Assembly: GCA_964502205.1 (NCBI GenBank) | Contig: CAZCTX010000001.1 | Location: forward strand, 9,974-42,489 | Source: an uncultured Candidatus Saccharibacteria bacterium | GTDB taxonomy: Bacteria; Patescibacteriota; Minisyncoccia; UBA6257; JAKLIH01 | Length of the DNA stretch: 32,516 bases | Direction of reading: 5' to 3' | Shown here: in pieces, positions 1-8,190 of the stretch | Numbering within the stretch: position 1 is the first letter of the stretch | Layout: each line of letters starts with the position of its first letter | Program-made: the position numbers and the translations under genes | The notes under the pieces: generated by a model | Database searches by the model: none | Seen by the model: only the letters and a program-made list of their open reading frames with translations | Told to the model about the DNA's origin: nothing

Positions 1-1
1 C

Positions 2-30
2 TTGCAATTTTTAAAAAAATTACATATAAT
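2..30 (+). promoter_or_regulatory. sigma70-type promoter candidate: TTGCAA, 17 nt, TATAAT
   Basis: TTGCAA at 2-7, 17-nt spacer, TATAAT at 25-30, 45 nt upstream of the ATG at 75. Confidence 0.5.
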
Positions 31-74
31 ATATTCAATTCTAAAAGGTCGTAATAAAAATACATATAATCAAT

Positions 75-449
75 ATGAAGTTTTTAAAAAAAATATTAGT
101 AGTTGTTTTAATATTAGCTATGCCAATGATTGCTTTGGCAACAGATGATTATCTTAAAATAGACTATATGAATGATGCGCCAGGTAGTGACTTTAATATT
201 ATATCTTTTGTTAAGGTTTTGATTAATTGGCTATTCTACGCATTACTAGTTGTTGCTTTGATTATGTTAATTATGGTAGGCTGGCATTATGTAACAACTG
301 GCGGGCAAGATCCGGCTAAGGTTAAAGATAATGGGAAGAAGCTAGGGTTTATTTTAATGGGTATTGCCATTGCCTTAATTGCTAAAGGATTGATTTATGC
401 TGCTTGCTTCTTAGTAACCAGCGGAACAAATGTTTGTACTTTTTGATAA
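75..449 (+). CDS. small secreted/membrane protein, TrbC/VirB2-like (T4SS-pilin-like), paralog A
   Basis: Signal-like N-terminus MKFLKKILVVVLILAMPMIALA. Two hydrophobic helices flank GGQDPAKVKDNGKK. The ORF-track end at 444-446 is a TGA; read as Trp, the frame stops at the adjacent TAA at 447-449. Confidence 0.7.
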
Positions 450-476
450 AAATTAATAAAAATTTAAAAAAAATAT

Positions 477-839
477 ATGAAGAAATTTATTTCTCTATTT
501 GTATTGGCTTTGTTTATATTGCCATTTACAGCATTGGCTCTTCCAAGCGAACCAGGTGTACAATTGCCAACTGTTATGGGTACAACCCAAGACTTATTCG
601 ACTTTATCCGAATTGCAATTAACTGAATATTCTACGCTTTGTTAATTCTTGCTGTTATCTATATTCTGTTCATTGCTATCAACTATGTAACTCAGGGCGG
701 ACAAGATCCTTCAAAAGTTAAAGACAATGGAAAGAAGTTGGGATACATTATTATTGGAATTGTCGTTGCTTTAATTGCCAAAGGATTGATTTATCTTACT
801 TGTTACTTGATTACCGGAGGACAGACTTGTAAGTTCTAA
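477..839 (+). CDS. small secreted/membrane protein, TrbC/VirB2-like, paralog B
   Basis: ATG at 477 (MKKFISLFVLALFILPFTALA) is in frame with ORF 639-839 through TGA 624-626. The C-terminal 75 aa align with paralog A (INWLFYALL vs IN[TGA]IFYALL; GGQDPSKVKDNGKKLG). TAA stop. Confidence 0.75.
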
Positions 840-846
840 TACAAAT

Positions 847-873
847 AAAACCAACCCGAAAGGGTTGGTTTTT
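847..873. terminator. intrinsic terminator hairpin
   Basis: CCAACCC-gaaa-GGGTTGG with a 5' A-run and a 3' T-run. Confidence 0.75.
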
Positions 874-893
874 CATTAATCAAAAAATGTACC

Positions 894-922
894 TTGACTT
901 TCAAGGTTATTTAGTGTAAAAT
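894..922 (+). promoter_or_regulatory. promoter candidate: TTGACT, 17 nt, TAAAAT
   Basis: TTGACT at 894-899, 17-nt spacer, TAAAAT at 917-922, upstream of infB. Confidence 0.55.
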
Positions 923-958
923 TGTATTACGCTATTAAAACCTATTAAGCTTTTTCCT

Positions 959-2443
959 ATGAAAAATATTAACGAAAATCAATTAATACCAAGACCGCCT
1001 ATTGTTGTCGTAACAGGACATATTGACCATGGGAAAACAACCTTATTATCATATATTAGGCAGAATAAGTCGATTCTTGTAGAAAGCGGTAATATTACTC
1101 AGCATATCGCTGCTTATGAAATTGAAATTGATGTTGAAGATCAAAAAAGGAAGATTACATTTTTGGATACCCCAGGACATGAGGCCTTTTCTTCTTTAAG
1201 ATCAAGAGGGGCTAAAATCGCCGACATTGCAATCTTAATTATTGCTGGAGACGAGGGATTCAAACCACAAACAAAGGAGGCTTTGGCTCATATCAAGGCA
1301 AACAATATTCCTTTTATTGTTGCTATAAACAAAATTGATAGACCAAATGCAAATTCGGAAAAAGTGAAAAACGAATTAGCTCAGCATGATATTTATTTAG
1401 AGGGAAGAGGAGGAGATGTTCCTTGTATTGAAATATCAGCGAAAGATGGAACAAATATTGATTCTTTATTAGAAATGATTATTCTTTTGTCTGATATTGC
1501 TGAAGAAAAGGCAAACCGAGACACTTTTGCTAGTGGTTTTGTTTTAGAATCTCATTTAGATCCTAAATGCGGATATACCGCAACACTAATAATTAAAGAT
1601 GGGACATTAAGGCATGGGGATAATATTTTTACAACAACTACTGACGGAAAGATTAAAATCTTAAAAGATTTTATGGAAAAAAGTGCGAAGGAATTGAGTT
1701 TTTCTTCACCAGCTATTGTGGTTGGTTTTAATGATTTGCCAGAACCAGGAAGCAAATTTGTTGCTGGAGAAAATATTCCAGAAGAACTGATCAACAAAAT
1801 CAAAGAAGGGGAGACAATAGAACTATGCAGAAATCAAGTTCTAGGAGAAAATTTAGAAAATACAATTAATATTATAATCAAAACAGATTGTATTGGTTCA
1901 TGCGAAGCTTTGATTTATAGTTTGAATTCTTTGGCCAAAGATTTAAATGTTAGTTTTAGAATTGTTGATAACAACATCGGAAATGTAAATGAAAAAGATG
2001 CGAAGCTAGCGGAATTAACAAAATCAGCGATTATTAATTTTCGGGTTAAGACCGAAAGTGATATGTCTAATTTCATTGAAGCAAATAATATTCAAGTATA
2101 TTATGGGGATACAATTTATGCTATTATCGAACAATTAGAAAACGATATATTAAGCAAAGAAGAAGATAAGCCAAAAATCGGTGGATTAATTAAGGTATTG
2201 GCAATATTCAATGATAGCAAGGGATACAAAATTGTTGGTGGCGAAATATTTGAAGGCAAGGTTTCAGTTGGCGATAATTTTGTAATTGAAAGAGAAGAGA
2301 AAGAAGTCGGAAAAGGTAAAATTAGTGGTATTCAATGTCAAAAACAAAAAGTAAATACTTTAGGAAGTATTAATGAATGCGGATTAATGATAGATTCTAA
2401 AGATGAAATTATATTAAATGATATATTAAAATTCTATATTTAA
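959..2443 (+). CDS. infB: translation initiation factor IF-2, short form (494 aa)
   Basis: GTPase motifs GHIDHGKTT, DTPGHEAF, NKID. The protein starts about 10 aa before the G domain. rbfA follows 1 nt later. TAA stop, no internal TGA. Confidence 0.9.
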   Translation: MKNINENQLIPRPPIVVVTGHIDHGKTTLLSYIRQNKSILVESGNITQHIAAYEIEIDVEDQKRKITFLDTPGHEAFSSLRSRGAKIADIAILIIAGDEGFKPQTKEALAHIKANNIPFIVAINKIDRPNANSEKVKNELAQHDIYLEGRGGDVPCIEISAKDGTNIDSLLEMIILLSDIAEEKANRDTFASGFVLESHLDPKCGYTATLIIKDGTLRHGDNIFTTTTDGKIKILKDFMEKSAKELSFSSPAIVVGFNDLPEPGSKFVAGENIPEELINKIKEGETIELCRNQVLGENLENTINIIIKTDCIGSCEALIYSLNSLAKDLNVSFRIVDNNIGNVNEKDAKLAELTKSAIINFRVKTESDMSNFIEANNIQVYYGDTIYAIIEQLENDILSKEEDKPKIGGLIKVLAIFNDSKGYKIVGGEIFEGKVSVGDNFVIEREEKEVGKGKISGIQCQKQKVNTLGSINECGLMIDSKDEIILNDILKFYI

Positions 2444-2444
2444 C

Positions 2445-2753
2445 ATGGAACACAAAGAAAAAACACAATTATCAAGATCAGAAGAGATAGGAAAAATAAT
2501 TGCTCAATACATTGAGGAAAATGATTTTTGCGATCGTTCAATTATTATTACTGTTACTGATGTTCTGCTAAACGATCGTCTGGATGTTGCAAAAGTTTAT
2601 ATATCAATTTTCCCAAAAGAAAAAGAATTATATATTTTTCAAGATATCGAAAAAGATGTATATCACATGCAGAATTTTTTAAATAAAAATTTGAAATGCA
2701 GAATGGCACCAAGAATAAAGCTTTTGTTGGTTCAGGAAAAACAACTTGATTAA
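2445..2753 (+). CDS. rbfA: ribosome-binding factor A
   Basis: 102-aa ORF directly after infB (classical infB-rbfA order) with RbfA-like size and sequence. TAA stop. Confidence 0.75.
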   Translation: MEHKEKTQLSRSEEIGKIIAQYIEENDFCDRSIIITVTDVLLNDRLDVAKVYISIFPKEKELYIFQDIEKDVYHMQNFLNKNLKCRMAPRIKLLLVQEKQLD

Positions 2754-2782
2754 TAGCCAAAATTTGATATAATAAATGTATC

Positions 2783-2858
2783 GGTCACTTGGCGAAGTAG
2801 CTAACGCTGCGGTCTGCAAAACCGTTATTCGTGGGTGCAAGTCCCACAGTGACCTCCA
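2783..2858 (+). tRNA. tRNA-Cys (GCA), CCA encoded
   Basis: Acceptor GGTCACT/AGTGACC. Anticodon stem GCGGT/ACCGT with loop CTGCAAA. T stem GTGGG/CCCAC with unusual loop TGCAAGT. Discriminator T followed by CCA. Confidence 0.8.
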
Positions 2859-2860
2859 TG

Positions 2861-2890
2861 GTAGAGAACAATTATGTTCTCTATTTTTTT
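2861..2890 (+). terminator. intrinsic terminator
   Basis: GTAGAGAAC-aattat-GTTCTCTA(t) followed by T7. Confidence 0.7.
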
Positions 2891-2912
2891 AAATTAAATT
2901 TTGCACAAAGAC

Positions 2913-2941
2913 TTGATTTTTTATTTAAAACACATTATAAT
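2913..2941 (+). promoter_or_regulatory. promoter candidate: TTGATT, 17 nt, TATAAT
   Basis: TTGATT at 2913-2918, 17-nt spacer, TATAAT at 2936-2941. The first ATG of the downstream gene is only 5 nt later. Confidence 0.5.
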
Positions 2942-2945
2942 ATAT

Positions 2946-4373
2946 ATGAGTATTGTTAATCAAAAAATTAATAACTTCAATATGAATGATTTAAATAGCC
3001 AAAACAATTCTATACCACAAGACCAAAATAATTTACAAAGTAATCCAGTTGATCCTAATTTTTTACCAAAAGATTCAAATGTTTATATCCGAACAATGAA
3101 TGCAGATTTAAATAATTTGAAAAACCAAGGTGGAGAAACTTTGCCTTATGTTGAAAATCCAGTATCTGCTTCTAACTTTGGTAATCTTGAAACACAAAAT
3201 ACACCTAGTTTTACAATGCCAGAAGCACCAAAACCAGCTGAAATGCCTCCAGTTGAAATGCCAAAAATACCAGAAGCAATGCCAACTTTTGAGATGCCCG
3301 TAGCTCCAGTTGAAACGCCTAAAGCACCAGAAATACCTTCAGTTGAAGTGCCAGTTAACAGTTCTTTTTCTGCTCCTGCACAAGAAGTTCCTAGCTTTGG
3401 TGCACAGGTTAATTTAAATGAAAATCCTAATACATTAAACGATATCAAGGAGAAAATAAATGCTTTAAACGAAACCCCAGAAGTTAAAATGGAAAATCCA
3501 GGAATTAACAATTTGAGTGCTAACTTAGATGGAGGGTTAAATAATTTAATAACTCCGGAAGAATTTACGCCAATGTCAAATGTAGACATCAATGGCGGAG
3601 AGCCACCAAAAAAGAATAAAACAATATTGATAATTGGAGTTGTAAGCATATTAGCCTTTGTGTTACTTTTTGTTTTTGTGATAAGACCAAAGATGCTATC
3701 ACCAAAAGTATCTTTAAAAAATGTTAATACTCCGGATGCCTTAATGCAACCAACTGTCCCCGAAACAGTCACAACAACAAAGCCTTCGCCATTTATGATG
3801 CTTAAGGGCGGGTTCCAATTAGACAACGTTGATATTGATATCTCCAAATCACCAGAGATCGTAAGTCAAATAAAAGAAGAGGCTAATAATTTATTATCCC
3901 CTAATAGTTTTAAAGTTATCGTTTCAAAAGTTAAAAACCAATATTTAACTTCTCAAGAAATATTAAATGCTTTTGTTGATAATGCTCCAGTTTCATTAGC
4001 AAACAATTTAGATGAAAAATATTTGGTTTATAGCTTCTATGGGGAAGTACATCCTGCTTTGGGACTAGTTTTCAAGGTAAAACCAGAAACTGTTGAGCAA
4101 ATTAAAACAGAATTTAAAGCTTGAGAGACAAATCGAAATATTATTAAAAACACTATGGACATTTGGCTATTCTCGCCTAAAACGCCCACAACAAAAACAT
4201 TTAAAGACGCCGAATCTTTAGGGGCTACTATTAGACATTTTGATTATCCTGGGAAAGAAGCTTCTCTTGCTTATGCCTTTTTTGAAAACAATGTTATTAT
4301 ATCAACTTCTTTAGAATCTATTAATTCAGCTATTAATTACTTGCAAAATGGAGATACTCCAATAATTAGGTAA
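2946..4373 (+). CDS. hypothetical single-pass membrane protein with Asn/Gln-rich and Pro-rich N-terminal region
   Basis: ORFs 2901-4124 and 4155-4373 share a frame and join through TGA 4122-4124. One TM helix (ILIIGVVSILAFVLLFVFVI). No family recognised. The start is uncertain (ATG 2946 or ATG 2982). Confidence 0.65.
3216..3356 (+). repeat. coding low-complexity repeat (P-x-E-M/V-P units)
   Basis: MPEAPKPAEMPPVEMPKIPEAMPTFEMPVAPVETPKAPEIPSVEVPV, with recurring ccagttgaaatgcc-like DNA units. Confidence 0.6.
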
Positions 4374-4375
4374 TT

Positions 4376-4405
4376 CAAAAAGCGGTCAGAAATGACTGCT
4401 TTTTA
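4376..4405 (+). terminator. intrinsic terminator
   Basis: AGCGGTCA-gaaa-TGACTGCT followed by T5. Confidence 0.75.
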
Positions 4406-4410
4406 AATTG

Positions 4411-4439
4411 TTGTATTTTGGTGATTAATTTGATAAAAT
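4411..4439 (+). promoter_or_regulatory. promoter candidate: TTGTAT, 17 nt, TAAAAT
   Basis: TTGTAT at 4411-4416, 17-nt spacer, TAAAAT at 4434-4439, upstream of ftsH. Confidence 0.5.
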
Positions 4440-4472
4440 ATACAGGCAATTAATAAATTTTAAGAAAATACA

Positions 4473-6287
4473 ATGAAAAATATATTAAAAAATATTTTGG
4501 TTATATCATTAATTCTGATAGCTGTATCATTGATGTTTGGCGGCTCAAAAGGATTGAATTTTACATCCAAAAGCAAAGATATATCTGTTAGCGAATTAGT
4601 GGCGTTGGTCAATGCAGGAAAAATTAAAGAAATCGAAATTAAAGAAAAGAATATTGTTAGTTTGGATTTTGAAGGAAATAAAAATATTGCTAAAATTAAT
4701 AGCAATGAATCTATTTTCGATGTCTTCAAATATTATAATGTTGATCCTTTAAAATTAGAGGCAACAAAAGTTGTATTTAAGGAGGATATAAATTGAAACA
4801 ATATTTTCTGACTAGTTTTGATTGGTATTGTTCCGCTATATTTCTTATTCACATTACTTAATATGTTCGGCAAGAATAGCAAACAAGGCCCTGGTCAAAT
4901 GTTTACATTCAATCAGGCAGGAGTAAAGCAATTTTTACCAAATAAAAACAAAATGACATTTAAGAATGTGGCGGGATTAAAAGAAGAGAAAGAAGAATTA
5001 ATGGAAATTGTTGATTTTTTGAAAAACCCTAAGAAGTTTACTGATTTAGGCGCAAAGATACCAAGAGGGGTTTTATTAATGGGAAGTCCCGGAACAGGCA
5101 AAACATGTTTAGCAAGATCAATTGCTGGCGAAAGTAATGTTCCTTTTTTTCACATATCAGGTTCAGAATTTGTTGAAATGTTTGTTGGCGTTGGTGCATC
5201 AAGAGTAAGATCGGCTTTCGCTATTGCTAAAAAAGCTTCGCCTTCGATATTGTTTGTTGATGAAATCGATGCCATCGGCAGAGAAAGAGGTTCTGGAATT
5301 GGTGGTGGCCAAGACGAAAGAGAGCAAACATTAAATCAAATATTAGTTGAAATGGATGGGTTTGATAATAATACAAATGTTATTGTAATTGCTGCTACTA
5401 ATAGGCCCGATGTATTAGACAGCGCATTGCTGAGACCTGGAAGATTTGATAGAAGAATAATATTACATTTGCCAGATATATCGGAAAGAGAAGAGATATT
5501 AAAGCTACATTTGGAGAATAAAAAAGTTAATAAAGATGTAAATGTTAGAAAAATAGCAGAGAGAACTCCTGGTTTTTCTGGGGCAGATTTGGAAAATTTA
5601 ACAAACGAAGGGGCTTTGCTAGCGGCTAAAAAGAACCAAAAAGAAATAACGGAAGAAAATCTTCTACAATCTATTGAAAAAGTAATATTAGGACCTGAAA
5701 GAAAAAGTCATGTTATTAAGCCAAAAGAAAAAGAAATTACCGCTTACCATGAAGGTGGCCATGCATTGGTTGCATCAAAATTAGAAAATGCAGATCCAAT
5801 ACATAAGATTTCTATAATCTCGAGAGGTAGAGCGGCCGGATATACCTTGCAATTGCCAAGTGAGGATAAGAATTTTTCAACTCGATTAGAGATACTTGAT
5901 GAATTAACTACTTTAATGGGAGGCTATAGCGCTGAAGAAATTATTTTTGGCGATATATCAACGGGTTCAGCGAATGATTTAAAAGTTGCATCAGAAAAGG
6001 CCAGAGCTTTTATTATGAAGTTTGGCATGAGCAAGTTAGGTCCAATTTCTTTAGCCGAGGATGAATCTGTTTTCTTAGGAAAATCTCTAACTTCAAAGCA
6101 TAATTATTCAGAAGAGCTATCAGCTGAAATTGATAGAGAAATGAGCGAATTAATCAAAACAGCTCATAAAAAGGCCAGGGAAATATTAGAGAAGAACAAA
6201 GCAATGCTTGAAAAAATCGCAAAGGTATTACTTGAGAAGGAAACAATAGAAAAAGACGAATTTTATGCATTACTTGAAGAAAAATAA
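4473..6287 (+). CDS. ftsH: ATP-dependent zinc metalloprotease FtsH
   Basis: ORFs 4473-4796 and 4818-6287 are in one frame, joined by TGA 4794-4796 and 4809-4811, both at the entry to TM2. Walker A GSPGTGKT, Walker B LFVDEID, zinc site HEGGH. TAA stop. Confidence 0.95.
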
Positions 6288-6300
6288 TTTTTATGGTAAG

Positions 6301-6333
6301 ATAGAAGTGCTTTAAAAGTACTTCTATCTTTTT
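6301..6333 (+). terminator. intrinsic terminator
   Basis: ATAGAAGTGC-tttaaaa-GTACTTCTAT followed by cT5. Confidence 0.7.
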
Positions 6334-6345
6334 AAATAATATCTC

Positions 6346-6418
6346 GGGCGTGTAGCTCAGTTGGTAGAGCGATCGTCTTATACACGATTGGTCGAGGGTT
6401 CGAGTCCTTCCACGCCCA
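6346..6418 (+). tRNA. tRNA-Ile (UAU), CCA not encoded
   Basis: Acceptor GGGCGTG/CACGCCC. D arm GCTC-AGTTGGTA-GAGC. Anticodon stem ATCGT/ACGAT with loop CTTATAC. T loop TTCGAGT. Confidence 0.85.
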
Positions 6419-6426
6419 CAGATTTG

Positions 6427-6455
6427 TTGAAAAAAGTAATGAGATATGATATAAT
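6427..6455 (+). promoter_or_regulatory. promoter candidate: TTGAAA, 17 nt, TATAAT
   Basis: TTGAAA at 6427-6432, 17-nt spacer, TATAAT at 6450-6455, 10 nt before tRNA-Val. Confidence 0.55.
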
Positions 6456-6465
6456 ACAAATACAA

Positions 6466-6539
6466 GGACGATTAGCTCAGTTGGTTAGAGCGCTACATTG
6501 ACATTGTAGAGGTCAGAGGTTCGAGTCCTCTATCGTCCA
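6466..6539 (+). tRNA. tRNA-Val (GAC)
   Basis: Acceptor GGACGAT/ATCGTCC. Anticodon stem CTACA/TGTAG with loop TTGACAT. T loop TTCGAGT. Confidence 0.9.
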
Positions 6540-6561
6540 CAGAAAATATTAATTTTAACTC

Positions 6562-7476
6562 ATGGAAATAATATTCAACGAGACTGGAAAAATACGTTTT
6601 GATAAATGATTGGCCTATAAATTCCCGGAAAAAAGTAGGGAATTTTTCAATAATAATATAAAATCTGGGAATATAACATTAAATGATGCAAAAACAAAAT
6701 CATCGGTAAAATTAAAGATAGGTGATAAGATAATAATAGATGATGAAATTCTAAATGACCAAGCGGTGAAGATAATGCCGAATAAAAAAATAAAGATAAA
6801 GATTGTTTTTGAAAATGATGATTTTCTGATTGTTGATAAGCCGGCGGGATTATTGGTTCATCCAGTAACTTTAAAAGATGAAGATACTTTAGCTAACGCT
6901 TTGGTAAATAAATATCCAGAAATTGTTAATGTTGGCGAAGATCCTTTGCGCCCAGGAATTGTTCATCGACTTGATAAGGATACTTCTGGATTAATAATAG
7001 TGGCTAAAAATCAAAAATCTTTTAAGATTTTAAAAGATAAGTTTCAGAAAAGACAAATACATAAAGCTTACTATGCTTTAGTTTACGGCAAGTTGAAAAA
7101 TAAAATAGGGGAAATTGATGCTCCGATTACAAGATCTAAAAGCAAATTCAACCGTCGTAAAATTAGTTTTGATAAAGAAATGGGGAAGGAGGCATTGACT
7201 AGATATGAAGTTGAAAAAGAATACGATGATGTTTCTCTGTTAAGAGCATATCCGGAAACAGGAAGGACACATCAGATAAGAGTGCATTTGGCATCAATGT
7301 CTAATTTCGTAATTGGTGACAATGAGTATGGTTCTAAGAAAATTAATAGCAAATATAATATAGCTCGACAATTTTTGCATGCTTTTCAAATTGATTTTAC
7401 CTATAAAAAGACAAAATACCATTTTGAATCTAAATTACCGGCCGATTTAGCAAAGGTCTTAAAAGAAATTGAATAG
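6562..7476 (+). CDS. RluA-family (RluD-like) 23S rRNA pseudouridine synthase
   Basis: ATG at 6562 joins ORF 6610-7476 through TGA 6607-6609 (RFDK[TGA]LAYKF; S4-like N-terminus). Catalytic motif HRLDKDTSGL. TAG stop. Confidence 0.9.
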
Positions 7477-7477
7477 G

Positions 7478-7506
7478 TTGACTAATTGATGTTTTTTTGG
7501 TAATAT
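7478..7506 (+). promoter_or_regulatory. promoter candidate: TTGACT, 17 nt, TAATAT
   Basis: TTGACT at 7478-7483, 17-nt spacer, TAATAT at 7501-7506, upstream of rplS. Confidence 0.55.
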
Positions 7507-7545
7507 CAATACATAACACTTTTAATTGAAAATAAATTAAATAAA

Positions 7546-8004
7546 ATGACAAAAAGTATTTTTGCGATAAATGAAGAAATAAAAAAGACTTCAAAAACAG
7601 TTTTAGACAGCATTAAGGCTGGCGATACAGTAAAAATTGTATTAAAACTAAAAGAAACAAACCCTGACAAGAAGAGCAAGGGTAGCAAAACACAGACTAT
7701 TCAAGGTTTGGTTTTGGCAAGAAAACACAATAAGGAATTGGGTGCATCTCTTACTATAAGAAGTATTGTTGACTCAGTCGGTGTTGAATGAATTCTTCCT
7801 CTATACACAAGTGATATTATCAAGGTTGATATTCTAAAATCCTCAAAAGTAAGAAGAGCAAAGCTTTATTACATTCGTAAGAAATCGGTTAAGGAGACAA
7901 AGGCAAAATTAAGAAAAGAAACAAAGAAAGTGATGGAAGAATCTAAGCAAGCCGAAAAAGAAGATGTTGTAGAAATAGAAGAAGTCGGCGAAGATAAAGA
8001 ATAA
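7546..8004 (+). CDS. rplS: 50S ribosomal protein L19 with Lys/Glu-rich C-terminal tail
   Basis: ORF 7546-7791 continues in frame through TGA 7789-7791 to TAA 8002-8004. L19 core motifs include VGVE[TGA]ILP and KVRRAKLYYIRKK. Confidence 0.9.
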
Positions 8005-8010
8005 AAATTT

Positions 8011-8032
8011 AAATGGCCCGGAAGGGCCTTTT
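8011..8032 (+). terminator. intrinsic terminator
   Basis: GGCCC-ggaa-GGGCC followed by T4. Confidence 0.65.
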
Positions 8033-8038
8033 AAAATA

Positions 8039-8067
8039 TTGAAATTTGATAAAAAAAATGCTATAAT
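8039..8067 (+). promoter_or_regulatory. promoter candidate: TTGAAA, 17 nt, TATAAT
   Basis: TTGAAA at 8039-8044, 17-nt spacer, TATAAT at 8062-8067, 13 nt before tRNA-Leu. Confidence 0.55.
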
Positions 8068-8080
8068 AAACAAGCAAGAA

Positions 8081-8165
8081 GCCGAAGTGGCGGAATTGGC
8101 AGACGCGCTACCTTGAGGTGGTAGTGGTAGCAATACCTTGTGGGTTCAAGTCCCTCCTTCGGCAC
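8081..8165 (+). tRNA. tRNA-Leu (GAG), type II
   Basis: Acceptor GCCGAAG/CTTCGGC. Anticodon stem CTACC/GGTAG with loop TTGAGGT. Long variable arm. T loop TTCAAGT. Confidence 0.9.
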
Positions 8166-8190
8166 GTTAATATATTATTAAAAAATATTT

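Noticed and set aside
404-622. A 72-aa plus-strand ORF spanning the gap between the two pilin genes.
   Set aside because: It is out of frame with both paralogs and overlaps the 3' end of paralog A and the signal-peptide region of paralog B. The paralog alignment supports the other frames.
2901-2945. A TTG start at 2901 for the Pro-rich membrane protein, as in the ORF track.
   Set aside because: This stretch contains a consensus promoter (TTGATT at 2913-2918, 17 nt, TATAAT at 2936-2941), so it is more likely untranslated.
3146-3847. A 233-aa minus-strand ORF.
   Set aside because: It is antisense to the Pro-rich repeat region of the 2946-4373 gene. The sequence is low-complexity and naturally lacks stops on the opposite strand, and there are no start signals.
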